DNA from: Vicugna vicugna
Taxonomy: Eukaryota
Direction: 5' to 3'
NCBI GenBank assembly: GCA_013265495.1
Contig: MU058037.1
Coordinates: 869,498 to 933,497 of the forward strand
Length of the DNA: 64,000 nucleotides
The notes under the pieces were generated by a model, which was not told where the DNA came from, ran no database searches, and worked only from the letters and a program-made list of their open reading frames with translations. Within the stretch, counting starts at the first letter, position 1; each line of letters begins with the position of its first letter. A program made the translations under genes and the position numbers. Below, piece by piece: positions 50,301 to 62,780 of the stretch.

Positions 50301-51011
50301 AGAGGCAGACAAGGAGAATGTCATTGAGGAGCTATTGTTTAAAGCACTTCTTCTCACCCTATTATTCTGGGTCATTTGGAAAGATAATTTATCTCTGGAA
50401 ACTTTGGAAACCATGATTGGTTTGGCATTATCTTTGATTTTCTCCTGGTTTCTTAATTCTTTAACAATACTCTTAAGAAGGACATCATTTTTCAGACTTT
50501 TCAGATCAAAGTAGCCCAAATGGGGACACTAGAAAGGAAACACTTCAAATGGAAGAAACTTCGTAAGTTATGTTTTTATCTTTGTTTTAACACTAGTTCG
50601 TTTTTGTTCTTTCATCATCCAAAAAGCAACGAAAGTGAAACCACATTTTTCTGTAATAGGCAGGTTGCCATTTAGATGAGTAAAACCCCAACATCTCTCC
50701 CTTCCTTTATTCACCTCACCACTCCATTCATGCCTCTTCCCACCCTCACCCCACCCTGCATACTTGCATGAATGGAGGGAGCCAGTGATGGCTGAATGAC
50801 CAGGCCAGAGGTGCGTCTCATGAATGCTACCAGGTGTGGTGGAAACCCCAGACAGATGTGCAGCCAGCTTCTGAGGAGGGAGGCTATTCTTACGCATGGT
50901 TTTGAGTGACTGCAGAGAAGTTACAAACCAACCACAAATAACTCCCCAGATCTTCTGAGGATTTTCCTAGACTGATGATGTCAGTACTTGCTGCTGTGTT
51001 CACAGCTTCTA

Positions 51012-51195
51012 CAGCAATGTTTCTCAACCTTGGCTGCACATTAGAACATCCACTTTTTTTTTTTTAAGTACTAATCCTTGGGCCCTTCCTCCAGGGATTC
51101 TGATCTAATTGCTCTGGGGTGAAACTTGGACATAGGCATTTTTTTAAATGCTCCCTTGATGACCGTAATTGGTAGCCAGGGTTGAGAAACTCTGC
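51012..51195. mobile_element. MER5A-like MITE
   Basis: cagcaatgtttctcaaccttggctgcacattagaa...gattctgatctaattg...gccagggttgagaaactctg. Confidence 0.85.
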
Positions 51196-52529
51196 TCAGA
51201 GGCATTTGTGAAAACCAGGACTAAACAGAGCAAAGTCCTGCTCCCTTAATTTGCATATCTATTTTTAGACAATACTTTGACCAAGTGGACGTGACTCTCG
51301 GAAGTCTCAGCAAAAAGAAATAAGAACCTGAGCTTTACACCTGTAGAAGGTTCACATCACACTTAAGTTTCATTGCTGGGCTGTCTTCCAGCTTGGGTCA
51401 TCCTGGGTCGATCAAACTGAAATACCTACAAGGTCTGGGACAATCATGTGGGAAGTGTGCAGGGTCTGAAAAACAGCACAGAATGGTGAGGGTCATGAAC
51501 TAGAATGTGAACTGCCAGCCTAACTGGGGCAGTCGCTGCTCAGATCCAGCTGATTGTTACCCTGTAAGAACAACAGGCCCATGGAGCCAAAGATCGTGAT
51601 TTTCTTTTAGAGAGACTATAGATCTAAATTTGTATGTTAGATCTTGCAATTTGAGAAGATTAGCTAACATTAAAAACTATTCTGAGGGGATAAACAAAGC
51701 ATGTCAACATTGGCCTCAGGTCCTGGCCACTGAGTAGCCACCTTACAACTTCCTAAGACAAAACATAAATAAATGAACAGAACAGTCATTCAGTCTGAAT
51801 ATTAAATCATTAATAGAGGCATCAACTGTTAGAGCTACAAGAACATTAAAAATCATTCCGTTTGATCTAGTTACTGGAAAAATAATGAAAATAGAAGAAA
51901 AAAGTTAAGAAACTTAAGCTTTCAGAGGTAACAAGAACTAGCTCATGATGCCACAGCAGATGGCAGGATTCCGAACTCCTCGTCCAGGGTCTGTGCTGAC
52001 ATCCAAGTCAACCAGCCTTGACTCCTTGACTCGGGACATTTCTATACTGAACTGGCCAACGCCACCATTTGGATAACAAAAGCAGTAACAGGTAAACCAA
52101 AGAGTCATCTCATTTGTATAGTAAGACTTAAATGCCCATATTTTAAAATATTAGAGGAAATACTTTCAGACTGGAACTTGTCTTCCGTGTTCACGAAAGA
52201 ACCTCTCTGGGATACAAAAAGCATTGAACTCTTGCTATGAACCATTTGCTGGGCAAAAAGCTGAGGGTGAAAACAAACATGGGCCCAATAGTTTATAGTC
52301 AAAAGAAACAAACCCTCATCAGGTTTGTCACTCCCTGCTTACAATCCTTCAATGGCTTCCCCAACCTTAAGAGTAAAAGCCAAGTAAATAAAAAATTAGT
52401 GAAAGAAGCTAGGTAAACAGAAAGACAAAGGGAAGTGTATGTGGTGGGGTACTACTGTGGTTAGAGAGGTTCCTCACCTAATGGAAGAGATGTTCCCTTG
52501 AAATATATCCCGTTCACGCAAACCATGTG

Positions 52530-52610
52530 TTATGTTAAACCATAGAAAATTATCAATATTTGACCATTCTTTAACTGTAAAAAATAGCAGTTTCATATGA
52601 TTCAATCTAT
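52530..52610. mobile_element. MADE2-like mariner MITE (about 80-bp imperfect palindrome)
   Basis: ttatgttaaaccatagaaaatt...cagtttcatatgattcaatcta terminal inverted repeats. Confidence 0.7.
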
Positions 52611-52669
52611 TACATAGAATCCTAGCTTCACAATGATTATTACCATTTAATTCTCTCTGGAGAATTCTA

Positions 52670-53715
52670 CACTGTTAACCCCTTCTCCTCCTTCCTGAAA
52701 GACTCTTCTTCACTTCCATGATGCCTTGCTTTTCTGACTTTGTATCCTCCCTCATTGGACACTGCTCTTCTAGTTTCTTTGCTTGGCCCGCCTTGTCCAC
52801 CAGAACTCTAAAGGTCAATTTCCTAAGGCCTAGGTTCTGCTTCTTTTATAAACACTTGCCTATAGTTTATTTATAATATCTATTTGAAGATAATGTCCAA
52901 ATTTACATAACTAACCAAAATTTTCTAACTACCAGTCTGACACATCTAACTGATAACCTGTTATTCAATTTGGCTGTCTTCTCCCAGGCATCCCAGATGC
53001 ATCATGTTCAAGATCAAGCCCCTGGTCTTTTCCAAAATCTGCTCCACCTTTCTTCCCCATTTCCATAAATGCTACTTCTAACCACCACATTGCTTAAGCC
53101 AGAAAACTGGAGTCCTCCTCAGTATCTCCCACACTCTGACCAAGTCCTGATGGTTCTAAACACAGGATCTCAAAGGTATCTGCTTCTTTCCACCTCTAAT
53201 GTATCCACCATAGAGCGAGACACCTCTGGCTGGAATACTGCAATACTTCCCTAATAACTCCCCTTCCCTGCTACTGGTCTCTTCTCCACACTATAAATTC
53301 ATTTCTTGTTCCATTATTTTATTCATTCCTCAAATATTTTGTGGGCCACTATGAGCCAGACAGTGTACTAGGTACTGGAGATTAAATGTTGGACAGAAAG
53401 CCCCAATGAAGCAAATACCACATCATGAAACTTTCCTATTTGAAAACTTTCAATGGCTTCTCATCTCTGAAAAAGATCCAAATGAATTAATATGACAAAA
53501 AAGTCATAGATGACGTGGCTTCTGGCCACCTCTCCAGCCCCATCTCTCAGTTTATCCCCCTCACTCTCTGTACTCATCACATTGGTTTTCTTTTAGTTCT
53601 TCAAGCAAGCCAATGTCTTTCCTGATTGTAGGCCTTCCTTCTTGGTAATTTCTCTGCCTGGAAATTTCTTCCCCATCACTCACCTCATCACCTCTCCTCT
53701 ACCATCTCATTTAAA
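52670..53715 (+). mobile_element. L2 LINE 3' region (fragmented)
   Basis: ctccttcctgaaagactcttc...cctcattggacactgctcttc...cttccccatttccataaatg...ttcaatggcttctcat...tctgcctggaa. Confidence 0.8.
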
Positions 53716-53773
53716 TGAAATGGGTAAAAGTCACTCAATTTCTATCACAGTGAAGTGTTAGAAATAAGCCCTG

Positions 53774-54380
53774 CATATATCCAGAGAAAACTATGTTAAT
53801 TCGAAAAGATACATGTACCCCAATGTTCACAACAGCACTATTTACAATAGCCAAGACATGGAAATGACCTAAATATCCATCAACAGATGATTGAAGAAGT
53901 ACTATATATATATACAATGGAATACTACTCAGCCATAAAAAGAATGAAATAATGTCATGTGCAACAACATGGATGGACCTAGAGATTATCATACTAAGTG
54001 AAGTAAGTCAGACTGAGAAAGACAAATATCATATGATGTTGCTTATATGTGGAATCTTAAAAATTATATAAATTTTATTTATAAACCAGAAATAGGCTCA
54101 CAGACATAGAAAACAAACTGCTTATCAGGGGGAAAGGGGGGTGGGAGGGATAGATTAGGAGTTTGGGATTAACAGATACACACTACTATATATAAAATAA
54201 ACAAGTACCTACTGTAGAGCACAGGGAACTATATTCAGTTTCTTGTAATGAGCTGTAATGGAAAAGAAATTGAAATATATATATGTATGCGTGCAGGTAT
54301 GTATATGTGTAACTTTGCTGTACACCTGAAACTAACATTGTAAATCAACCACACTTTAATAAAAAATAAGAATAAAAAAA
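53774..54380 (+). mobile_element. 5'-truncated L1 with poly(A) tail and 14-bp TSD
   Basis: ORF2 end plus 3'UTR; TSD agaaataagccctg (53760-53773) and agaaagaagccctg (54381-54394). Confidence 0.95.
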
Positions 54381-54488
54381 AGAAAGAAGCCCTGAAACCC
54401 TGGACCTAAAGTTAAAAACGTTGAGTGCACATCTTGGGTCAGTGGAAGGTTTGTCATTAGTTGTCTCACCAGTAAAGAAAGGGGTAAG

Positions 54489-55855
54489 CATGGAGAAAAG
54501 ACAGTCTCTTTAGCAAGTGATGTTGGGAAAGCTGGATAGCAGCATGTAAATCAATGATGTTATAACATTCCCTCACTCCATACACAAAAATAAACTCAAA
54601 ATGGCTTAAAGACAAATATAAGACAAGACACAATAAATCTCCTAGAAGAAAACACAGGCAAAACATTCTCTGACATAAATCTTAGCAATGTTCTCCTAGA
54701 GCAGTTTACCCAGGCAATAGAAATAAGAGCAAAAATAAACAAATGGGACCTAATTAAATTTATAAGCTTTTGCACAGCAAAGGAAACCATAAGCAAAATA
54801 AGCAAAATGACAACCTACGGAATGGGAGAAAATATCTGCAAATGATGCAACTGACAAGGGCTTCATTTCCAGAATATATAAACAGTCATACAACTTAACA
54901 AAAAAAACCAACAACCCCATCCAAAAATGGGAAGAAGACCTAAACAAGCAATTCTCCAATGAAGACATATAAATGGCCAACAGGCACATGAAAAAATGCT
55001 CAATATCACTAATTATCAGAGAAATGCAAATCAAAACTACAATGAGGTATCACTTCACACCAGTCAGAATGGCCATCATTCAAAAGTCCACAAACAATAA
55101 ATGCTGAAGAGGGTGTGGAGAAAAGGGAACCCTCCTATACTACTGATGGGAATGTAGTTTGCTGCAACCATTATGGAAAACAGTATGGAGATTCCTCAGT
55201 AGACTGAAAATAGACCTACCATATGATCCAGTAATTCAACTTCTGGGTATATATCCAGAGGGAACTCTAATTTGAAAAGATACATGCACCTCAATGTTCA
55301 CAGCAGCACTATTTACAATAGTCAAGACATGGGAACAACCTAAATGTCCATCAATAGATGACTGGATAAAGAAGCTGTGATATATTTATACAGTGGACTA
55401 CTTACTCAGCCATAAAAAATAAAATAATGCCATTTACAGCAGCATGGATGGACCTGGAAATCGTCATTCTAAGTGAAGCAAGCCAGAAAGAGAAAGTGAA
55501 ATACCATATGAGATCACTCATATGTGGAATCTAAAAAACAAGAACAAAAACAAACAAACAAAAACAAAGCATAAATACAGGACAGAAATAGACTCATAGA
55601 CAGAGAATACAAACTTGTGGTTGCCAAGGTGGGGGTGGGAAGGGATAGACTGGGATTTCAAAATTGTAGAATAGATAAACAAGATTATACTGTATAGCAC
55701 AGGGAATAACTCACAGAAAATGTGACAATGAGTGTGTATATGTCCATGAATGACTGAAAAATTGTGAACACTGGAATTTGACACAACATTGTAAAATGAT
55801 TATAAATCAATAAAAAATGTTTAAAAAAATAAAAATATAAAAAAAATTTTAAAAA
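54489..55855 (+). mobile_element. 5'-truncated L1 (C-terminal ORF2, 3'UTR, A-rich tail)
   Basis: tggagaaaagacagtctc...atgggacctaattaaa...gaaatgcaaatcaaaactacaatgaggtatcacttcacaccagtcagaatggccatcatt...; 3'UTR of the same type as 36959. Confidence 0.95.
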
Positions 55856-57229
55856 AGACTATCTACTGCAGACCCCTGTCTTACTGATAAGGAAACCAAG
55901 GCCCAGAATAATTAAATTAACTTATCATAGTACAATAAACAGCTCTTGTTGGGCAAACCCTTTTTCTAACATTATGTGGGTGCTATTGGCCTTTGGAACT
56001 GAACAGATTGTTTTGTACTAAGGGAGGAAAACAGACAGTCATATTTAGCTAGGATAGTAATTCAAAATGTTTGCACTGGTACATAGACAGAAACTAACAG
56101 TAAATGAAGAAACTGGGATGCTTAGTTAAATATATATTTTTTAAAAAGATGTTTTATAAAGATGCAAACATTCAGTACAGCAGATGGACACACTGTTCGT
56201 AAAATCATTTCCCTGATATACAAATTCTAAACCTTCCATTGTCACAGTACTTTCATTAGTAAATTGGTTCAATGACCAATGCAAGGAACAAAAATGTCCA
56301 TCTCCCTAGGAGACAGGGAAGCATATGCTGCATGTAGGTCCTAGAGAATCTCCTGACATGAGTACTTCCAATCAAAGAATTGTTTTCTAGTTGAAATCAA
56401 GCTTAAATAAGGGAGGGATACACCTTATGGGAGAAAAACCCAGCTGGCTGAGATTGGTGGTTAACATACAGACTAAAGGAATCACTTCCCCAGAGACCTT
56501 AGAAATTAAAGTTGGCCAGTCTGGGGACAGAGGGATAATATGGCCGGTGGCTCAGTTGACATGTTCATTTAAGTTCTGGGACAAGAGTGTGAGTATGTCC
56601 CAGTCATCTTAAAAGGTAGTTACAAAGAGAGCCAAATACTAATTTTATCAAAACACCCTGTGTGGCACCTTTACCATAAGTAGACACAGAGCTAGTGAGT
56701 GAAAAAAAGTTAAAAGAAATGAAGTCAACAACAGAAACTGCAGGAAACATTCATTTACATACTTTAATTGGCACCAACTTATGAAAATTTAAATTTCATC
56801 CTCTTTCATAAATAAGCTATGTAGAACTCATCAGATGCCATAAATATGGGTCACCTTATTTAGAACGCAGGGGATAAACCTGAACAGAAATATTTTAAAT
56901 AGAAATCTGAGGGACGATGAAAATTTAACTGTTACACAGTCTTGTTTATGATGTATTTGAAATCTCAGTAAGACGGCGTATAGCAATTCTACCATCTTTG
57001 AAAACATCATGGAGAATACAAAAATTATCTTTGAGGAAAATAATCTGGATACAAGAGTCATTGTTAAGAGCTTTTTCAATGCAATTCTTCTCACCTGTAA
57101 GGTCCAATGGACTCTTCTAAGCCCACCTAAATCTCTCTTGTTTTCAAGGTCCAATCCATATCCCATCCATAAAAATATGGAAAACAGTCAACTTGACTGG
57201 ATTATAAATTAAAGCAAGATTTTCTTTTT

Positions 57230-57530
57230 AGTTTTCAAATTATCAAAACTTAAAAAAAATAATAACAATGCCGAAGCTTGTGAGGGTGCAATGAAACAGA
57301 GCTCTCGCTGGGAAGAATGGTAGGAATTTGGTTAACATATCAAGAGGCTTAAAAGAACTCATTCTTTGACTTACTAGTTCCATTTCTGGGAATATATAAA
57401 AAAGATAGAATCAGATTAAGAGAAAACAACTTTTAGTGCATAAAAATATTGGTTCCCATGTTATTTAAATGGGAAAACTGGAAATATTGATATGGCCTAC
57501 AATAGGGGAGTTGAAATTACAATTTATCAA
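57230..57530 (+). mobile_element. Decayed L1 (L1ME-like) fragment
   Basis: ctttgacttactagttccatttctgggaatata...aactggaaata...cctacaatagggga. Confidence 0.55.
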
Positions 57531-58059
57531 CAATGGCCATTTTAATTTTCTTCTCCCTAGTTTTTTATGCCTTAAAATTTCATACGCTGCATTACATCTG
57601 TAATGCTATTTATATTTTATACTGCTGCATTTCTTTTATTTTGCTGAATTATTTTTTCTTTTAAGTTGTCTCTCTACAGGCAAGTCTTAGTTCAGGTTGA
57701 TATTTAAGAAAATTCTCTAAGGCTCTATTCTCACAGTTGGAGACAACAATGAGATTATGACGATGGATATTGTCACCAAAGGAAAGTGGGGTGAGACTAT
57801 TCTTGAGAAAAATTGACCAGTGGCCTTGGACGATCAAGGTGAGTCCCAAAGATTGCTAAGCTCTCAACCGGAGCTGACAAGTGCTGCTTCTAACGTCAGA
57901 AGGGAAAAGTTCCCATATTTGTTACATCCTACCAAAAAGAAATAGTAGAGAATTCTAGCAGATTTGAACTCAGAGTGTTTCAAAAGAAAAGCTATTTAGA
58001 TTGAGCCGGTAGACTGGACAAATGGGCGCTATTGATACAGGAATACTGATATATTTGTG

Positions 58060-58400
58060 AATGCTTGAGATGGCCAGGCAAGTCAGAGACTGACATTCTA
58101 GGGAGGGGGAACTGACAAATTCAAAGGCACAGAGATGTGAACAGGCATAGTGTTTAGTTTTCTAGAGTGTAAAGAGAAACTGGAAAATGAGAGATGAGGC
58201 ATGAAAGAGGAGAAGGAAGGTCTTCTGTGCCATGTTGAAGAACTGGAGATAAAGAGCCGCCAGTGATTTTTCAGCCATCAGAGAAACACGATCAGATGTG
58301 CTGCTCAGAAGACTATCAGTGCAGAAGAGGAAGGTAAAACTGGAGGCAGAGAAACCAGATAAAAGTTGTTTAAATAGTCCCGGAAGACATGTTAAAAATT
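58060..58400 (-). mobile_element. L2 fragment
   Basis: acattctagggagggggaactgacaaattcaaaggcacagag...gatcagatgtg...aactggaggcagagaaaccag. Confidence 0.65.
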
Positions 58401-58614
58401 ACTGTAGGTTGGATGCAACCTCAGGGCTTGAATATAGAAAAAGGTAGGTTCAGAAGATTTGTGAGGGAAACCCATTGAGTAATAAAATTAAGGGAAAATG
58501 CACATTTGTGTTTCCACCAAGGAGGATCACAAATTGAAGAGCAATGGGCATGGCAATAAAAAACTTGTTCGAATTTGAAAACATGAAACCCTCCTACGTC
58601 TGTCTACTTAGATC

Positions 58615-59104
58615 TGTGGTGGTTGTAACTGATGTCCACAAGTTCTTTGATCCAATTTCAAAAAGATGGAGTCCAGTTTCCCACCCCATGGATTTGGCTA
58701 GTCTTGGCAACTCTCTTGTAACAAATAAAATACAGCAGATTTACAACATACAAGACTAGAACTCACTCTCTCCCTTGGGATCCAGCCACCATGCTATGAG
58801 GAAACCCAGGCTACACGGAGGGACCACTTGCTCCAGCTGTGTCATCTAACCATAGCTCAGGTGAAGTCCCAGTTGATAGCCAGCCTCAACCTTAAAACCT
58901 GTGAGTGAAGAAAACTTTTGAGATGACTCCAACCCCATCCACTACAACTGCATGAGAAACCCCAGATGAGAACTGCCCAGCTGGCTCAGTCAACAACTTC
59001 AACTGTGAAAGATAATATATAATAAAATGATAAAATATAATAAAATATAAAATAACATAATTGGGGGAGTTGATTTGTTATGCAGCAAAAGATAACTAGG
59101 ACAC
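58615..59104 (+). mobile_element. MaLR LTR (MLT1 family)
   Basis: atccagccaccatgctatgaggaaacccaggctacacggag...gagaactgcccagctg...gatttgttatgcagcaaaagataactaggaca. Confidence 0.85.
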
Positions 59105-59229
59105 ATTCGCAACTGTTTTTTTTAAAATGACAGAGGTCCATAGACTTGTCCTCAGGGACAGGACAGAATGTAGGGAATTGGGCAGTACTGAGCCTCAGAG
59201 TTACTGAGAAAAGAACTCTAAGGAAGAGA

Positions 59230-59410
59230 ATGTCAACAGGGGCTTCCAAGAGCTCTTAGCACTAGACATGCTAAGACCTTAGCTACAGAAAGACACAAAG
59301 AATGTGCTTATCAAGTTTCAGGTAATGCAAAGGAGGTAGAAATAACAAACCCCTTAAAGGTTAACTTAAAATTCAATAGCAATTTGATCTTAATTTAACA
59401 GAACAGATAA
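59230..59410 (+). mobile_element. L3/CR1 LINE remnant (5' part)
   Basis: aagacacaaagaatgtgcttatcaagtttcaggtaatgcaaag resembles the CR1/L3 RT region that encodes LIKFADDTK. Confidence 0.45.
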
Positions 59411-60179
59411 TATTGTTAAAAAAAAAACTCCTACTACAGAATACCTAAAAAGGTTGGAATATAAATTTATGTATAAATATTTATATGTATACATACACAC
59501 ACACACCTCCCCGGTACATGGGAGCTAGGTAGCAAGATACACGGACTCACTGGATAGGTGGATGAACTAGCAAGATAATGAAGTCTTCACTGGCTAAAAA
59601 GAAGCAAAAGCAAGAATCCAGAGAGATAACAAAATGCTACCGCCCACAGCTGCCCTGATGTTATCTGCAGATCCTTGGCTGCCTAGAGTTTTGGGTTTTA
59701 AAGGAACAGCGATCAGGCTCAAGCAAAGAGAAAAGTTGAATAGGTTTCTTTGCAATGGTTGGTCCCTTAGGAGCTATACTAACTGAAAAGGGGGGATACT
59801 CCAGGTAACAGAGTTATAACAAAGTCATTTTCCTTCCTTAGTCATTTCTTTGGTGGTGGGGGTGGCAGGGTCTCTCCTGATCATCTACAACTGTAAACTG
59901 GTGTTCATGCAGAACTGGATCTAGAAATCACCCACCTTCCAAGAACTGAAAAAAAAACACTGGCAGAGACTTACTTTAAGAGATCCAGAAATCTCCCAGA
60001 AGTAAACCCAACTGCTTTCTGGAAGAAAGCACATTAAACCCAGGTTTTAAAGAATTCTCAGAGATGACAGTTTCTACAAATACTACTCATCACAAAAGGA
60101 AGAGAGCAAGAGAGGAAGGAAGGAAGAATACAAATCACAAAACACACAGCGAAATCGGCCACTTTTTTCATACCACTTC

Positions 60180-60500
60180 ATATCCTCTTGGCTTTACCCA
60201 ACACTTGTACAAGCTGCCACTGTGATCTCCAGCTCTGCAGATTCCAGCCAAGTAAAACCTATGCTCCTGAAGATAGGACCAAACTGACAGTGCCTCATTT
60301 TATACCTGGGCATTGCACCTCTTGCTTCCCTCCTGAAGCAACCTGCCACTATGACCCAGTGGCGTCACTGTACACAACTTGTTCATGAGAGAGAGCTAAC
60401 ACTCTGTGGGTCAAACTTTGACCAATGGGAGCTACAAGCTGGGGGATGAATGGTTCTCCTTTATCCTCCCAATGTCAGTCTTGAGCAGCAGTTGATTTGG
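60180..60500 (+). mobile_element. ERVL LTR fragment (LTR33/LTR16-like)
   Basis: gagctaacactctgtgggtcaaactttgaccaatgggagctacaagctgggggatgaatggttctcc. Confidence 0.6.
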
Positions 60501-61363
60501 CTCCTCGGATACAGGACTCTCAGGACAAACAGAGAGAGTATGCTAGCAACAGACCTTCCAAAAAGAAATTCTGAAGAATTCAGGTCATGACAAAGGAAGA
60601 TGATTACAGAAGGCAAGTCTGAGATGCAAGAAGGAATAGTGGGCCAAGACTATGGTAAACTGTGGGGAAATGTAAACAAGTATCATCTCTATAAAGCAAC
60701 GCTAGTTTCTAATTTGTGATATTAAACACAAGATACAATTAACGCAGTAGACAATAAAAGGATAGTCAGAATTGGGTAAGGAAAGTTAAAGCTTTCTAAA
60801 GTCCTCATATTCTTTAAGAGCAGGGTAACTAGTGCTGAGATTCAGGCTTCAACAAGCTAAATATACAGGTGTCACTGGATGTTCAGCTGGATTCTTCCAG
60901 ACTCATTTGTAATTGGGACACCAATAAGGAAATATCAGATACCAAGGTGAGTGTGCAACTGAAGCTCTCACGTACGCAATTTGCAAAAGCTTATTTAAGA
61001 ACCAGTCTCATGACCTTTGGAACCCCCAGGCAGAACAAGGATATAAAAGGGAGTCAGAATGCAGAAAGGGGCCAGGATTTGATGAAGATATCTCATCTGA
61101 GAAAGCTATTCCCAAACTGTGATTTCCCACTTCCCTTGTTGGGGAGGATTGAGGTGGTGCTACCTTCTCACCTCAAGTCTAATCTGAGGCATTTCCATGG
61201 TTCCACCCAGCGCGCTCACACTTAAGTATATTTCCTGTATTTGGAAGACATAGAAAACTTGTCTCTCACGCCCGGAAAACTTAAAGCGACCTATGATGGA
61301 AATGGCCACCTAGAGATTCCAGCAGAAAGAAGCTGGTATCAAGTGCTAGATTTCTAAGGGCCA

Positions 61364-61389
<26 letters not shown>

Positions 61390-61394
<5 letters not shown>

Positions 61395-62490
61395 TCCTAC
61401 AGCAAACACCACACTGGGAATGTTAAAAGAATCTCTTTTGAAAGTGGAAAACAGAATGGTCGCTATCACCACTTCTATTCAGTGTTGGCCTGGGTGCCCT
61501 AGTCAGGCAATTAAGACAAGGAAAATAAATAAAAGCTCGTAAGAACTCAAAAGGAAGAAATAAACCTGACAGATGCTATGATCGTCTGTGTGGAAAAACT
61601 AAGATAATCTATAAAGATTTAGTCTTATTAAGAGGGTTTAGCAAGAGTGCAACCACACTACAATGCATTAGTTAGCAAACAGCAAAGTTAGCAAAGTCCT
61701 GGGTTCAATCCCCAGTACCTCCTCTAAAAGGTAAAATAAATAAATAAACCTAATTACCTACCCCCTGCCCCCCCCAAAAAAAGACACCATTTAAAACCAC
61801 AACAAATGAATACAAGGCACATAAGAACAAACAGAAAGTTGTGTTAAAGACTTATTGAGAAAATGAGAAAATAAAGATATTCAAAGATATTAATGAAGAG
61901 TAAAAATGGAGAAATACATCCATGGATAAGAATACAGTTTCATAAGGCTCTCTTCACACCAAACTCATCTGTAGATTCAATGATATTTTAATAAAAATCC
62001 TAACAAGTTTTTTAAAGGTATTTAACAAGCTGATTCTAAAAATGATATTCAAGAACAATAGACCAAGACACTTCTGAAGAAAAACAAGGTGTGAGAACTC
62101 ATATCAGATATAAAACCTTTCTATAAATTATAACAATTGAACTATTGTGGTTTGGGCATAGGAATAGGCCAATTGACCTCAGTAACAAAACAGAGAGCCT
62201 AGAAACAGATTCCTGCCTAAATGAAAACTTGGTACATGACAGAAGGGGCATAAGAAATTGGAGGAAAGGTTGGACTCTTGAACAAATCTGCTGAAACAAT
62301 TAGTTACACATATGGAGGAAAATAAAATTGGATTTCTTCCTTGATTTAAAAAAAAAATCAACTCTCCATAATATAGGGACTTAAATGTGAAAGGCAATAT
62401 TCTTAAAATATTTCAAAGAAAATATAAGAGACTATCTTTATGCCACTGGGGTAAGGAAAGATTTACTAAACAAGATCGCAAAGTACCAAC
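61390..62490 (+). mobile_element. Old L1 ORF2 fragment (further L1M-like pieces at about 59420-60850)
   Basis: cctacagcaaacacc...ctatcaccacttctattcag...gcaattaagacaagg...ttaacaagctgattctaaaa...cttaaatgtgaaagg...ggggtaaggaaagatt. Confidence 0.85.
61695..61782 (+). mobile_element. 5'-truncated camelid tRNA-derived SINE inside L1
   Basis: gtcctgggttcaatccccagtacctcc...aaataaataaataaacctaattaccta. Confidence 0.85.
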
Positions 62491-62552
62491 CACTCAAAGG
62501 TATCTAAAAAATAAAAATTAAAAAAAAATTTTAAAAAATCACTGCCCCCCTC

Positions 62553-62780
62553 CACTTCTGTATATCACACCTTTGGAGGAATAGAATCAAAGGGAATCAT
62601 GTTCACATAAGGATAATCAGCATAGTTCATGGTGAGGGGACTGGAGATCTTCTTACATATAGAATGGCTACATAAACTTGGGATTTTTAATTTTTTAAAA
62701 AAAGAGAAAGCACAAATTTATATGGCAAACAATAACCGCCTTTCTGAAAGCTTGATGTACGCTGGAGGACAGGAACTTAT
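62553..62780 (+). mobile_element. L3/CR1 LINE remnant (3' part)
   Basis: ttctgtatatcacacctttggagg...atggtgaggggactggagatc...aaacttgggattttt...aagagaaag resembles the L3 3' region. Confidence 0.55.

Noticed and set aside
50116..50514. 132-aa plus-strand hydrophobic ORF
   Set aside because: GTG start, no known homology, and antisense to the better minus-strand exon candidate.
51953..51966. Second CTCF-like motif acagcagatggcag
   Set aside because: Mismatch at the first core C, and it lies in what looks like a MIR remnant.
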